Part shown: piece by piece, positions 31,240-41,689 of the stretch
Layout: the number at the start of each line of letters is the position of its first letter
How positions within the stretch are numbered: position 1 is the first letter of the stretch
Source: an uncultured Gemmatimonadales bacterium
GTDB lineage: Bacteria; Gemmatimonadota; Gemmatimonadetes; Gemmatimonadales; Gemmatimonadaceae
Direction: 5' to 3'
Assembly: GCA_963701965.1 (NCBI GenBank)
Contig: OY969695.1
Location: forward strand, 4,864,001-4,928,000
Length of the DNA stretch: 64,000 nucleotides
Notes under the pieces: model-generated
Seen by the model: only the letters and a program-made list of their open reading frames with translations
The model's database searches: none
What the model was told of the DNA's origin: nothing
Position numbers and translations under genes: made by a program

Positions 31240-32459
31240 CGCCAGCTGCCACGTCAGCGGCTCTGGTCGCGGCGCTGGCGACCGGTCTGGCCACGCTCTG
31301 CGCGGTCGCCGACACCGCCACGCTGTCGTACGACAATGACGCGTCGTCCGAGGACCCTCCGGACCGCGGGTTGGACCGCCCGGCCCACCGGGTCTTCGCA
31401 TTCGCGAAAGTCGTCGCCCAGCTGATCGCCGGCGCGGCGGCGGCGCGGGCCCTGGGGCTCCACCTCGGCGCCGGGTTGGGCCGGAGCGCCGGTCTCTTCG
31501 CCGTCCTGGTCGCGCTGCTGCTGGCCGAGGCGCTCGGGCGCACGCTCGGGCACACCATCCGCGCCGAGCGCCTGGAGTGGCTCAACCGACTGTTGGGGCG
31601 CGTGCTGGCGCCGTATTTGATTCCCGCCGCCCGCATCAATGCCTGGCTGCACCGGCTGCTGGCGCCGCCGGCGCCCGACGCCGAGTCACGGGAGGAGGCA
31701 TCGGAGCAGTTCCGGGAGGTCGTGTCGGCGCACGTCGACGTCACGGGGCCCGGGGCGCACCTCCTGGAAGGCGCGCTGTCACTCGGGACCACCACGGTAT
31801 CCGACGTCATGGTCCCGCGGGTGGACATTCTGGGCATCGACGTCGCCACACCATGGTCGGAGACCGTGGATCGCCTGCGCAGCGCCGAGCACGCGCGGCT
31901 GCCGGTGTACGGGGAGACGGTGGATGACGTGCGGGGCGTGCTCTACGCCAAAGACGTGCTGTGGTCGGTGATCCAGGGGACGGAGCCGGAGGGCGGATGG
32001 CAAGCGCTGGTGCGCCCCGCGACGTTCGTGCCGACCAGCAAGCCGCTGGACCGCCTGCTGGCCGAGTTTCGCGCGACGCGCACGCACCTCGCTATCGTCG
32101 TCGATGAGTACGGCGGCACGGCGGGCCTCGTCACCATCGAGAACATTCTCGAGGAGATCGTCGGCGACATCCGCGACGAGCATGATGTCGACGAGCCCGG
32201 CACCGGGCGCCAGGAAGACGGGCGCTGGTGGGTACCGGGCCGCGCGTCGCTGGACGATCTGGCCACACTCGTGGGCCACACGTTCGAGAGCGAGGACGGG
32301 GCGACAACCGTCGGCGGCTGGGTATTCGAGCGGTTGGGTCGCGTGCCCCGGCCGGGCGAGGAGTTCATCGCCGACGGTTTCCGCATCGTCGTGGAGCGGG
32401 TGCGGCGCCGCGCGGTCGACCGCGTGTACTTCGAGCGTCTGACCCCCGTGACGGTATGA
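31236..32459 (+). CDS. CNNM/CBS/CorC-domain protein (HlyC/CorC family)
   Basis: DVMVPRVD, HARLPVY, AIVVDEYGGTAGLVTIENILEEIVGDI and C-terminal TVGGWV. Confidence 0.88.
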   Translation: MTPAATSAALVAALATGLATLCAVADTATLSYDNDASSEDPPDRGLDRPAHRVFAFAKVVAQLIAGAAAARALGLHLGAGLGRSAGLFAVLVALLLAEALGRTLGHTIRAERLEWLNRLLGRVLAPYLIPAARINAWLHRLLAPPAPDAESREEASEQFREVVSAHVDVTGPGAHLLEGALSLGTTTVSDVMVPRVDILGIDVATPWSETVDRLRSAEHARLPVYGETVDDVRGVLYAKDVLWSVIQGTEPEGGWQALVRPATFVPTSKPLDRLLAEFRATRTHLAIVVDEYGGTAGLVTIENILEEIVGDIRDEHDVDEPGTGRQEDGRWWVPGRASLDDLATLVGHTFESEDGATTVGGWVFERLGRVPRPGEEFIADGFRIVVERVRRRAVDRVYFERLTPVTV

Positions 32460-33406
32460 GCCTCTTCGTCACGTCGGTGATCGTGCTCGGCGTCCTCGTG
32501 CTGCTGAACGGCTGGCTGGTCGCGGCCGCGACGGCCATCCGATCGGTCAGCCGCATCTGGTTGCGCCATTGGGCGCAGCGGGGTGGCCACCGCGTGCCGG
32601 TCGTGTCGCTGTATCTGGAGCGGCCCGATCAACTCTTGCTGGCCGCCGGCTTGGGCCTCACGACGACCGCGGTGCTGATGGGCGCGGTCATCGGCGGCGA
32701 GACCGCGAGCGTGGCCGGCGCGGCCGTCGCGGTGGCGCTCGTGGCCGCCGCCGTGCTGGTGGTTGGCCAACTCGTTCCGCGGGCGGTCGGGCGCCGGTGG
32801 GCCAAGGAGCTCGTGCCCGTGCTGCTGCCGTCGCTGCAGGCCATGGCCGTGCTGGCGGCGCCGATCCTGTGGCTGGCCCGTCTCGCCGCCCGGTTCACGG
32901 CGCGTGGGGTCGTGAGGCCGCCGTCGCCCGACGCCGTCAACGACGTATTCCGCGACGCCCACCGCGAGGGGGTGAGCAGCGGCGACGAATCGGCGATCGT
33001 CTCCAGCATCGTGCGGTTCGGCGGTCGGACGGTCCGCGACGTGATGACGCCGCGCGCCGACGTGTTCGCCATCGACGTCGCACTGCCCCCGGCCGATGCG
33101 GCCATGGCCATCGCGCGCGCCGCGTACAGCCGCGTGCCCGTCTACCGCGGCAGCTTCAATGACGTCGTCGGCGTCGTGCATACGTTCGGCGTCTTCAAGG
33201 CGCGGCCGGGCGAGCCGCTGCCCGTGCGCCCCGTGGCCCGGGCCGGCGAGCAACAAGCGCTCAGCGACGTCATGCTCGCCATGCTGCGCGAGCGCCGGCA
33301 TCTGGCCATCGTGTCCGACGCCGCGGGGCGCAACGTGGGCCTGGTGACGTTGGAAGATCTGGTGGAAGACGTCGTCGGCGAGATCGAGGATGAGCACGAC
33401 GAATGA
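32456..33406 (+). CDS. Second CNNM/CBS-domain protein lacking the CorC C-terminal domain
   Basis: Transmembrane N-terminus; VRDVMTPR, YSRVPVY and GLVTLEDLVEDVVGEI, then stop. Confidence 0.85.
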   Translation: MSLFVTSVIVLGVLVLLNGWLVAAATAIRSVSRIWLRHWAQRGGHRVPVVSLYLERPDQLLLAAGLGLTTTAVLMGAVIGGETASVAGAAVAVALVAAAVLVVGQLVPRAVGRRWAKELVPVLLPSLQAMAVLAAPILWLARLAARFTARGVVRPPSPDAVNDVFRDAHREGVSSGDESAIVSSIVRFGGRTVRDVMTPRADVFAIDVALPPADAAMAIARAAYSRVPVYRGSFNDVVGVVHTFGVFKARPGEPLPVRPVARAGEQQALSDVMLAMLRERRHLAIVSDAAGRNVGLVTLEDLVEDVVGEIEDEHDE

Positions 33407-34356
33407 TCGACCGCCTGCTGGAGGACTTCTTCGCCGGCAAGACGCCCGCGCTGGCGCGGGCCGTGAGTCTCGTCGAGAATCATCGCCCCGGGTATGAGCG
33501 CTTGCTCGCCGCGCTGCACTCCCGCGTGGGCCGGGCGCGTCGCATTGGTCTCACGGGGCCGCCGGGCGCTGGCAAGAGCACCCTCACCATGCGCCTGGTG
33601 CAGGCGCTGCGCGGAGAGGGATTGCGCGTCGGGGTGCTGGCCGTCGATCCCACGTCGCCCTACACCGGTGGGGCGCTGCTCGGTGACCGGGTGCGCATGG
33701 AAGACGTGGCCCTCGACCCCGGCGTGTACATTCGCTCGCTGGCCACGCGCGGCGCGCTCGGCGGCCTGTCGGCCGCGACGCGCGAAGTGGCCGATCTCTT
33801 CGACGCGTTTGGGTTCGATCGCATTTTGATCGAGACCGTCGGCGTCGGCCAGAGCGAGCTCAATGTCGCGCGAACGGCCGATACCATCGCGGTGGTGCTC
33901 GTGCCCGAGTCCGGGGATGGCATTCAGGCCCTCAAGGCCGGGCTCATGGAGATCGCCGACGTTTTTGTCGTGAACAAAGCGGACCGGCCCGGCGCGGACC
34001 GGGTGCGGCGGGATATCGATACGGCGCTGCATTTTCGCGCGGCATCGGCCTGGACACCGCCGGTCATCTCCGCGGTGGCGCTGACCGGGGACGGCGTCGC
34101 GGACGTGCTGGCCGCCCTGGACCGGCATTTCCAGTACCTGGTCGACAGCGGTGCGCTGGAGCAGCGGCGTCAGAAACGATTGCGGGAGCGCGTGCTGGAC
34201 GTGGTCGAGCAACGCGTCCGTGCCCTGGTTCTCGGCGCGGCGAGGGAGACTTGGTTGGAAGAACGTCTCAAGGCCAATGACGCCACGCCGTTCGCCCTCG
34301 CCGATGAGTTGTTGGCGCTCACCCTGCAACGGGGAGCGGCGCACGGCGGCGACTGA
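33403..34356 (+). CDS. meaB: Methylmalonyl-CoA mutase-associated GTPase MeaB/ArgK
   Basis: GLTGPPGAGKST, VDPTSP, GDRVRM, IETVGVGQSE and VNKAD motifs. Confidence 0.95.
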   Translation: MIDRLLEDFFAGKTPALARAVSLVENHRPGYERLLAALHSRVGRARRIGLTGPPGAGKSTLTMRLVQALRGEGLRVGVLAVDPTSPYTGGALLGDRVRMEDVALDPGVYIRSLATRGALGGLSAATREVADLFDAFGFDRILIETVGVGQSELNVARTADTIAVVLVPESGDGIQALKAGLMEIADVFVVNKADRPGADRVRRDIDTALHFRAASAWTPPVISAVALTGDGVADVLAALDRHFQYLVDSGALEQRRQKRLRERVLDVVEQRVRALVLGAARETWLEERLKANDATPFALADELLALTLQRGAAHGGD

Positions 34357-35107
34357 TTGGTGGGCGTCCTACTTCGACGCGCAGTATCTGCGCGAGTACG
34401 AGCCCATCTTCTCTGCGGATCAGGATCGACGGGATGTCGCGCGGCTCGTGGAGCTGTTGCGGCAGCCTGTGGGCGCGCGCGTCCTCGACGTGCCCTGCGG
34501 GCAGGGGCGTCATGCCCATCTCCTGGCCGAGGCCGGGTATCGCGTCGAGGGGCTCGATTACTCGGCGCATCTGCTGTCGGTCGCCCGGGCGCGCGCCAAT
34601 GGCGTGCGCTACACGCGCGGGGACATGCGCCGGATGCCGGGTCGGTGGACCGGCCGGTTCGACGCCGTCGTGAACCTCTTCACATCGTTCGGTTTCTTTC
34701 TGGACCCGCGCGATGACGCGCGCGTGTTGCGCGAGGTCGCGCGCGTGCTGCGTCCGGGTGGCGTGTTCGTGTGGCACGGCGCCAGTCGCAATGGGGTCGT
34801 GGCCCGCATGGTGAGTCGGGACTGGTGGCATTCCGACGATGGGACGCTCATCGCCCACCGGCGGGCCTTCGATCCGCTCTCCGGCATCCTGACCGTGCGG
34901 GTCATGTGGCGCGGGCACACGGGGATCGGGCTCGAGCCGGAAGGGGAGCGCGAGTACCGGATACGCTTGTACACGCCCACGCGATTGGCCGAATTGTGCG
35001 CCGACGCGGGCATGATCGTGGAAGAAGCGTACGACGGCTGGACCGACCGGGCGTTGCGTCGGCGGACGACGACCATGGTACTGGTCGCTCGTTCGGCGGC
35101 CCGGTAA
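34343..35107 (+). CDS. Class I SAM-dependent methyltransferase (start codon uncertain)
   Basis: [33 protein letters not shown] and VLRPGG motifs. The best RBS-linked codon is ACG at 34343; the alternative is ATG at 34304. Confidence 0.85.
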   Translation, partial: TAATDWWASYFDAQYLREYEPIFSADQDRRDVARLVELLRQPVGARVLDVPCGQGRHAHLLAEAGYRVEGLDYSAHLLSVARARANGVRYTRGDMRRMPGRWTGRFDAVVNLFTSFGFFLDPRDDARVLREVARVLRPGGVFVWHGASRNGVVARMVSRDWWHSDDGTLIAHRRAFDPLSGILTVRVMWRGHTGIGLEPEGEREYRIRLYTPTRLAELCADAGMIVEEAYDGWTDRALRRRTTTMVLVARSAAR

Positions 35108-35118
35108 CATTCGCTGTG

Positions 35119-35532
35119 ATGTCCAGACCAATCCGTGTCCTCGTCGCCAAGCCCGGTCTCGACGGGCACGACCGGGGCGCCAAAGTCGTCGCGGCGGCCC
35201 TGCGCGACGCGGGGATGGAGGTCATTTACACCGGCTTGCATCAGACGCCGGAGATGATCGCGACGGCCGCGGTGCAAGAGGACGTCGACGTCGTGGGGCT
35301 TTCGATCTTGAGCGGTGCACATATGACGCTGTTCCCGCGGGTGCAGGAACTGCTCCGCGCGGATGGCCGCGAGGACATATTGTTGACAGGCGGTGGCATC
35401 ATCCCGAAGGACGACATGGAGGCCCTCCAGCGCATGGGGATCGGCCGCCTCTTCGGTCCAGGCACGACCACGACGGAACTGGTGCAGTACATCCAGGAGT
35501 GGTTCGCCGAGCGCCAGCGGCAAGAGGTGTGA
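35119..35532 (+). CDS. Cobalamin-binding small subunit of an acyl-CoA (methylmalonyl-CoA type) mutase
   Basis: [12 protein letters not shown] (DxHxxG), GLSILSGAH and GGGIIP motifs. Confidence 0.94.
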   Translation: MSRPIRVLVAKPGLDGHDRGAKVVAAALRDAGMEVIYTGLHQTPEMIATAAVQEDVDVVGLSILSGAHMTLFPRVQELLRADGREDILLTGGGIIPKDDMEALQRMGIGRLFGPGTTTTELVQYIQEWFAERQRQEV

Positions 35533-37109
35533 GCACCCGGCTTCGCCAGTCGAGCGACGATGTCCGGGCGCTCGAATCGCGTGTGATCGCGGGCGGCGGT
35601 CCGGACAAGATCGAGCGCCAGCACGCGCAGGGGAAGATGACCGCGCGGGAGCGCATTGCCGGTCTCACCGACCCCGGCACGCGCTTTGTAGAAGTCGGCC
35701 TGCTCGTCGCCTACGACCAGTATGAGGGCCAAGCGCCGGGCGTCGGCGTCGTCACGGGGATCGGCATCGTGCACGGTCGCGAAGTCGTCATCGTGGCCAA
35801 CGACGCGACCGTCAAAGCCGGGTCGTGGTGGCCGGAGACGATCAAGAAAATCCTGCGGGCGCAGGAGATCGCGATGCGTTGTCGGGTTCCGATCATCTAT
35901 CTCGTCGACTCGTCCGGCGTGAATCTGCCGTATCAAGGCGGGGTGTTCCCGGGTCAGTACGGCGCGAGCCGCATCTTTTACTACAACTCCATCATGCGGC
36001 GCTATTTGCACGTGCCGCAGCTGGCAGCCGTGATGGGGCCGTGCATCGCCGGTGGTGCGTACCTGCCGGCGCTCTCCGACGTGATCGTGATGGTGAAGGG
36101 CACATCGTTCATGGGGCTGGGGGGTCCCAATCTGGTCGAAGGCGCGACGGGGCAAACGGTCGACTCCGAGTCCCTCGGTGGCGCCACGATGCACACGTCG
36201 GTCTCCGGCGTGGCGCACTACATCGCCGACGACGATGCCGCCTGTCTCGATCGGCTGCGCCGGCTGGTGGCGCAACTGCCCGCGTCGCTGGTCTCCGAGA
36301 CGCGCGTGGCGCCGCAACCGGCCGATGGCCTGTACGATCTCCTGCCGGCGGATCACCGGATGCCGTATGACATGATGGCGGTGCTCCGGATGCTGGTGGA
36401 CGACGGTCAGCTCGATGAGTTCCAGTCGGACCTGGCGAAGGAGATGATCTGCGTCGATGCCCGCCTCGGCGGCATCCCGATCGGCGTGATCGCGAATCGC
36501 CGCGGGCTCGTCAAAGGGCGGCCCGGGGAGAAGCCGCGGTTCGGTGGCATCGTGTACGCCGAGAGCGCGGAGAAAGTGGCGTACTACATCGACCGCTGTG
36601 ATCGGGAAGGGATCGCCCTCCTGTTCGTGCAGGACGTGTCGGGATTCATGGTCGGCCCCGAGGCCGAGGGCGAGGGCATCATCCGGGCGGGCGCGCGATT
36701 CGTGGAGGCGATGGCTACGGCGAAGGTGCCGAAGCTGGTCCTCACCGTGAATCACGCCTCGGGCGCCGGGTACTACGCCATGGCGGGGCAGGGGTTCGAC
36801 CCCGATTTCATCTTTACCTGGCCGACGGGCCGCATGGGTGTCATGGAAGGAGAATCCGCCGTGCGCGCCGTGCACGGACCGGCGCTGGCCGCCGCGAAGG
36901 CCGCGGGGCGCGAGCCGGCGCCGGCCGTCACCGCCGCCGTCGACGCGATGCGCGAGGAATACGAAGCCCAACTCGACGCGCGATACGCTGCCGCGCGCGG
37001 TTACGTCGATGCCATCGTGTATCCGGAGGACACCCGCGACGTGTTGGCCATGGCGTTGCGCACCGCCCGCCACAACCCCGGCCCTCATCTCGGAGCGTTC
37101 GCGCTATGA
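35529..37109 (+). CDS. Acyl-CoA carboxylase beta (carboxyltransferase) subunit, MCC/PCC-like
   Basis: [42 protein letters not shown] and GAGYYAM motifs. Confidence 0.93.
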   Translation: MSTRLRQSSDDVRALESRVIAGGGPDKIERQHAQGKMTARERIAGLTDPGTRFVEVGLLVAYDQYEGQAPGVGVVTGIGIVHGREVVIVANDATVKAGSWWPETIKKILRAQEIAMRCRVPIIYLVDSSGVNLPYQGGVFPGQYGASRIFYYNSIMRRYLHVPQLAAVMGPCIAGGAYLPALSDVIVMVKGTSFMGLGGPNLVEGATGQTVDSESLGGATMHTSVSGVAHYIADDDAACLDRLRRLVAQLPASLVSETRVAPQPADGLYDLLPADHRMPYDMMAVLRMLVDDGQLDEFQSDLAKEMICVDARLGGIPIGVIANRRGLVKGRPGEKPRFGGIVYAESAEKVAYYIDRCDREGIALLFVQDVSGFMVGPEAEGEGIIRAGARFVEAMATAKVPKLVLTVNHASGAGYYAMAGQGFDPDFIFTWPTGRMGVMEGESAVRAVHGPALAAAKAAGREPAPAVTAAVDAMREEYEAQLDARYAAARGYVDAIVYPEDTRDVLAMALRTARHNPGPHLGAFAL

Positions 37110-38458
37110 ATCCCGTGCGAGTCGGTGGCGGCCAGGGCTTCTGGGGCGATGATCCCGACGCGCCCCGGCGGCTCGTCGAAGGCGGTCCGCTCGACTATCT
37201 GATGCTCGACTATCTGGCCGAGGTCACGATGTCGATCCTGCAGAAGCAAAAGGAGCGCGACCCGGCGATGGGGTACGCGCGCGATTTTATCTCGTCGGTC
37301 GAAAGCGTGCTGCCCGCGTTGTCGCGCGGCTTGCGCATTGTGGCCAATGCCGGCGGGGTGAACCCCAAGGGCTGCGCCGACGCGCTGCGCGCGATGGCCA
37401 GCGCGCGCGGCGCCTCCGGCGCCGTGCGCATTGGGGTCGTGACTGGCGATGATCTGTTGCCGCGTCTCGATGAATTGGTGGCACAAGGGCACGTGTTGGC
37501 GAACATGGAAACCGGCGAGCCGCTGAGCACCGTTCGCGAGCGTGTGCTTTCGGCCAACGCGTACATTGGGTCGGAGCCGATCGTCGAAGCGCTATCCAAA
37601 GAGGCCAACGTCGTCGTGACCGGGCGTTCGACCGACACGGCGCTCACCATGGCACCCCTCCGCCACGAGTTCGGCTGGACGGCCTCGGACTACGACCGGT
37701 TGGCCGCCGGGATCGTCGCGGGGCACATTATTGAGTGCGGCGCGCAGTGCTCCGGCGGCAACTGCCTGTACGATTGGCGCGACATCCCCGACCTGGCGGA
37801 CGTCGGCTACCCGATCATCGAGGGTTCGCCCGATGGCACGTTCGTCGTGACGAAGCACCAAGGCACGGGCGGCCGCGTCTCGACGCATACGGTCACCGAG
37901 CAGTTGGTCTACGAGATGGGCGATCCGCACGCGTACATCACGCCGGACGTCATCGCCGATTTCACCTCGATCCGTCTGGGGCAGGCGGGCCCCGACCGCG
38001 TCCGGGTCTCCGGCATTCGCGGCGCGGCGCCGACCGACAAGCTCAAGGTCTCCATCGCCTATCGCTCGGGCTACAAGGCCGTCGGCACGCTCGTCTACGC
38101 CTGGCCGGACGCGCTGGAAAAGGCCCAGGCCGCCGACCGCGTGCTGCGCCAGCGGCTCGACCGTCTGGGACTCCGGTTCGACAAAGTACTCACCGAGTTC
38201 GTGGGGGCCTCGGCGACGCACGGCCCGTTGTCGTCTCCGCCGCCCGACCTCCCCGAAGTCCAGCTCCGGATCGGTGTCCGATCCGAGCGAAAGGGCGACG
38301 TCGAGAAGTTCTCGCGGCAGATCGCGCCCCTCGTGCTCAACGGCCCGCCCAGTGTCACCGGTTTCGCGGGCGGCCGCCCCAAGGTGGAGGAAATCGTGGC
38401 GTACTGGCCCGCGCTCATCGACAAGCGCGTCGTGACTCCCGCCGTGGCGATCGTCTGA
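37106..38458 (+). CDS. AtuA/DUF1446-family protein, N-terminal part
   Basis: [46 protein letters not shown] and [10 protein letters not shown]...YITPDV motifs. Confidence 0.9.
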   Translation: MNPVRVGGGQGFWGDDPDAPRRLVEGGPLDYLMLDYLAEVTMSILQKQKERDPAMGYARDFISSVESVLPALSRGLRIVANAGGVNPKGCADALRAMASARGASGAVRIGVVTGDDLLPRLDELVAQGHVLANMETGEPLSTVRERVLSANAYIGSEPIVEALSKEANVVVTGRSTDTALTMAPLRHEFGWTASDYDRLAAGIVAGHIIECGAQCSGGNCLYDWRDIPDLADVGYPIIEGSPDGTFVVTKHQGTGGRVSTHTVTEQLVYEMGDPHAYITPDVIADFTSIRLGQAGPDRVRVSGIRGAAPTDKLKVSIAYRSGYKAVGTLVYAWPDALEKAQAADRVLRQRLDRLGLRFDKVLTEFVGASATHGPLSSPPPDLPEVQLRIGVRSERKGDVEKFSRQIAPLVLNGPPSVTGFAGGRPKVEEIVAYWPALIDKRVVTPAVAIV

Positions 38459-38811
38459 TGCGCGTCCGCCTCCGCGACATCGCGCACGCCCGCTCGGGCG
38501 ACAAGGGCGACACGGCCAACGTCGGCGTCATCGCGATGCGCCCCGAATGGTACGATGTGCTGGCACGCCATTTGACCCGGGATCGCGTGGCCCAACACTT
38601 CGCCGGCGTGATCACCGGCGGCGTGGTGCGTTTCGAGTTGCCCAACCTGGGCGCGCTCAACTTCCTGCTCCACGGCGCGCTCGACGGCGGCGGCACGCTC
38701 TCGCTCAAGACCGACGCCCAGGGCAAGGTCTTCTCGACGGCGCTGCTTCGGCTCGTGCTCGACGTCCCGGAGGACGTCGCGGCGCGGCTTTCGCTGCCGC
38801 GGGAGCCGTGA
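38458..38811 (+). CDS. AtuA-like C-terminal ferredoxin-fold domain protein
   Basis: AHARSGDKGDTANVGV, RFELPNLGALNF and LDGGG...DAQGK motifs. Confidence 0.88.
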   Translation: MRVRLRDIAHARSGDKGDTANVGVIAMRPEWYDVLARHLTRDRVAQHFAGVITGGVVRFELPNLGALNFLLHGALDGGGTLSLKTDAQGKVFSTALLRLVLDVPEDVAARLSLPREP

Positions 38812-38963
38812 CCAGGCTCACGACCTGGCGACTCGTCGTGGCGCTCGTCGGCGTCACGATTTTTGGTTGGGGCATCCGGACGGAGGATATGACGGTGCGC
38901 TGGGTGGGAATCGGATTTCTGGTCGTCGCGCTCGCGCTGCGTTTCATCAAGGGGCCTCGGTAA
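38808..38963 (+). CDS. Small two-TM membrane protein (51 aa)
   Basis: GTG overlaps the upstream stop, with GGAG upstream; two hydrophobic helices. Confidence 0.6.
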   Translation: MTRLTTWRLVVALVGVTIFGWGIRTEDMTVRWVGIGFLVVALALRFIKGPR

Positions 38964-38995
38964 GGGGTCGGGATCGGGTTAACTTTGGCGGTGCC

Positions 38996-41632
38996 ATGAC
39001 CGCCGCCCGACAACCGATTCCTGAGCTGCTCGCGCCCGCCGGGTCGCTCGACGCCGTGCGGGCGGCCGTGGCCAACGGCGCCGACGCGGTCTATCTGGGC
39101 GCCGAGCGGTTCAACGCGCGCGATGAGGGCGCGCAGCTCACGTTCGACGAGCTGTCCCAGGCCTGCCGCCTGGCCCACGCGCACGGCGCCCGCATTTATC
39201 TCACGCTCAACGTGCTCATCAAGCCGGGCGAACTGGCCGACGCGTTGAGCGTCCTCGGCGAGGCGATCGACCGGGGGATCGATGCGGTCATCGTGCAGGA
39301 TGTCGGGCTCGTCCGGCTCATTCGCGCGATCTACCCGGCGCTCGAGATCCACGGGTCCACGCAGATGACGGTGCACGATGCCACCGGCGCGGCGATCCTC
39401 CACGACCTCGGCGTGTCGCGGGTCGTGCTGGCGCGCGAAAACACGCTCGACGACGTGCGGGCGATTCGGCGCGCCGTGCCGGAGCTGGGCCTGGAGACGT
39501 TCGTGCATGGCGCGCTCTGCATCGCGTACTCCGGACAGTGCTTCATGTCCGGCATGATCTCGGAGCGGAGCGCCAACCGCGGGTCCTGCGCGCAATCCTG
39601 TCGCAAAGACTATGTCCTGCGCGACAACGCGACGGGTACGGTCCTCGACTCGGGGTATCTGATCTCGGCCAAGGATCTCGCGGCGTACGACGCGTTGGCC
39701 GAGATCGCCCGCGCCGGCGTCTCGTGTCTCAAGGTGGAGGGGCGCAAGAAGCGCCCGGAGTACGTCGCGACGGTGACGGCCGGCTACCGCGCGTTCCTCG
39801 ACCGGGTGGCCGAGGGCGCGACGGCGCCGCTCCCGCCGGCCGACGTCCAGCCGCTGGTTCAGATCTTCAGCCGGGGATTCACGGCGGGGATGCTGGGCGA
39901 TGGCGACCGCGCTGGCCGCGAGTACGTCACCCGCACGCATCCGGACCACCGCGGACTGGCGCTCGGCCGCGTCGCGGCGGTCGCCGACAACGAGGTCACG
40001 ATCGAGCTCGCTGGCGCGGTCGATCCGGTCGCCGTCGGCGATGGCCTCGCGTTCGAGCCGCCGGCCGGCACGCGCGGTGAACGCATTGGTTTCGCGGTCG
40101 AGCGCGTGCGCCCCGCGGGTGCGACGCGCGTGGCCGTGGGCACCCGGAAGCGCGTGCCCCTCGGTTGGCTCGCGTACCGCACCGCGCAGGCGTCGCTGCT
40201 GGAGCGGGGGCGCGCTGGCGTCGCCCGCACGCACGTGCCCGATGCCCCGAAGCGGCGCCTCGACGTCCGTCTCTTCGGCCAAGCGGGATCCCCGCTCAAG
40301 GCGATCTTCTCGGTGGGCACCGACTCGGTCACTGTCCGCACCGAGATCTCCCTCCGCCCAGCCGATCGCCGTGCGCTCGATGACGCGCAGCTCCGGGAGC
40401 AGCTCGGCCGACTAGGCGAGACGCCATTCGCGCTCGGCACACTCGACGCCGCCGCCCTCGGCCCGGGGCTGTTTCTGCCCGTCAGCGCCCTCAATCGCCT
40501 CCGCCAGGAAGCCACCACCGAGCTCGCGGGGCGCGGCGAGTGGACGGAAAACGCCGCGCGCGCGGAGCGCGCGACGGCGATCGCCAATGCGCTGGTGATA
40601 CCAACGATCGCCAATGACCTAGCGTCGTCAGCGACTGCCGAGGCGCCGCTGGTACCAGCGATCGCCAATGCGCTGGTGATACCAACGATCGCCAATGACC
40701 TAGCGTCGTCAGCGACTGCCGAGGCGCCGCTGGTACCAGCGATCGCCAATGGGCTAGCATCGCCAACGATCGCCGCCGAGGCCGCCGAGTACACGTTGTC
40801 CGCCACAGTGTACAACGTCGACGATGCGCGAGCGGCAGCGAGCGCGGGGGCGACGGAGATCGTGTTCGACCCATTTCTCCGCAACCCGCCGCTGCCGGCG
40901 GCGCGGGTCCGCGCGCTGGCCGAGGAGCTGGGTCTCCCATTCGCCATTCGGACGCCGACGATCGTGCGTCCGCCCGAGCGCCGACACCTCGACAAGTGGT
41001 TGGCGCTCGGCCTCCCCATCGTGACGGGCCACCTCGGCCTCGTCCACGCATTGGCCGGCGATGGTCGCCGCGTCATCGCCGACTACGCGACGAACTGCTT
41101 CAACCCTCACACGGCCGCCGAGTTTTTCCGCTTGGGGGCCGAGCGGATCGTGTTGTCCGTCGAGCTGACGACGGACGAGATGGCGGATGTCGTCCGCCCC
41201 TGGGGCGGCGCGCGGTTCGCGACGCTGATCTACGGTCGTCCCGAAGGGATGACGATCGAGCACTGTGTGCTCTCGGCGGCCTTCGACCGCCGCCCGACGA
41301 CGTGCCGGGATCTCTGCGTGCAGTCGCACCCTGACGTCGCGCTCACCGACCCCGCCGGCTACACGTTCTCGGTCGCGACCGATACGGATTGCCGCAATCG
41401 CCTGTTGCACTCGCGCCCGATCGAGGGATCGGAGTTCGTCCCGCGTCTGTGGGCGGCCGGTATTCGCACCTACCACCTGATACTCAACGTCCCGGGCGAT
41501 CCGGTCGCCGACCTGGTGGGCGGGTACGCGCGGACACTGCGCGCACTGGCTACGGGCGCCGAGCCCGACGGCAGCCCCCGCCGCATCGTCGGCTCCGCGT
41601 TCACGCGCGGACACTTCGCGCGCGCCGTTTGA
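38996..41632 (+). CDS. Peptidase U32 family protein, long RlhA-like form (probable RNA hydroxylation factor)
   Basis: ELLAPAGS, GADAVYLG, HGSTQM, VLARE, FVHGALCIAYSGQC, NRGSCAQSCR and LKVEGR motifs; degenerate second U32-like half. Confidence 0.88.
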   Translation: MTAARQPIPELLAPAGSLDAVRAAVANGADAVYLGAERFNARDEGAQLTFDELSQACRLAHAHGARIYLTLNVLIKPGELADALSVLGEAIDRGIDAVIVQDVGLVRLIRAIYPALEIHGSTQMTVHDATGAAILHDLGVSRVVLARENTLDDVRAIRRAVPELGLETFVHGALCIAYSGQCFMSGMISERSANRGSCAQSCRKDYVLRDNATGTVLDSGYLISAKDLAAYDALAEIARAGVSCLKVEGRKKRPEYVATVTAGYRAFLDRVAEGATAPLPPADVQPLVQIFSRGFTAGMLGDGDRAGREYVTRTHPDHRGLALGRVAAVADNEVTIELAGAVDPVAVGDGLAFEPPAGTRGERIGFAVERVRPAGATRVAVGTRKRVPLGWLAYRTAQASLLERGRAGVARTHVPDAPKRRLDVRLFGQAGSPLKAIFSVGTDSVTVRTEISLRPADRRALDDAQLREQLGRLGETPFALGTLDAAALGPGLFLPVSALNRLRQEATTELAGRGEWTENAARAERATAIANALVIPTIANDLASSATAEAPLVPAIANALVIPTIANDLASSATAEAPLVPAIANGLASPTIAAEAAEYTLSATVYNVDDARAAASAGATEIVFDPFLRNPPLPAARVRALAEELGLPFAIRTPTIVRPPERRHLDKWLALGLPIVTGHLGLVHALAGDGRRVIADYATNCFNPHTAAEFFRLGAERIVLSVELTTDEMADVVRPWGGARFATLIYGRPEGMTIEHCVLSAAFDRRPTTCRDLCVQSHPDVALTDPAGYTFSVATDTDCRNRLLHSRPIEGSEFVPRLWAAGIRTYHLILNVPGDPVADLVGGYARTLRALATGAEPDGSPRRIVGSAFTRGHFARAV
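40577..40774 (+). repeat. In-frame tandem repeat: 81-bp unit in two perfect copies plus a partial third, built from 27-bp subunits
   Basis: Units start at 40577, 40658 and 40739; core CGATCGCC(AATG) at 40578, 40605, 40659, 40686, 40740 and 40767. Confidence 0.95.
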
Positions 41633-41689
41633 TGTTGGACCGTACGCCGTGATGCGTGGCCCGCTGTTGTCGCGGGCTAGTGTCGCGGC

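Noticed and set aside
31236..33406. Hemolysin toxin interpretation of the two HlyC/CorC genes
   Set aside because: CNNM/CBS proteins next to ybeY are ordinary Mg/Co homeostasis proteins.
40577..40774. Repeat as a CRISPR array
   Set aside because: It has no unique spacers, lies in frame inside a CDS, and there are no cas genes.
38996..41632. Collagenase/protease interpretation of the U32 gene
   Set aside because: The conserved Cys motifs fit the Fe-S hydroxylation role established for U32 members (RlhA, TrhP, UbiU/V).
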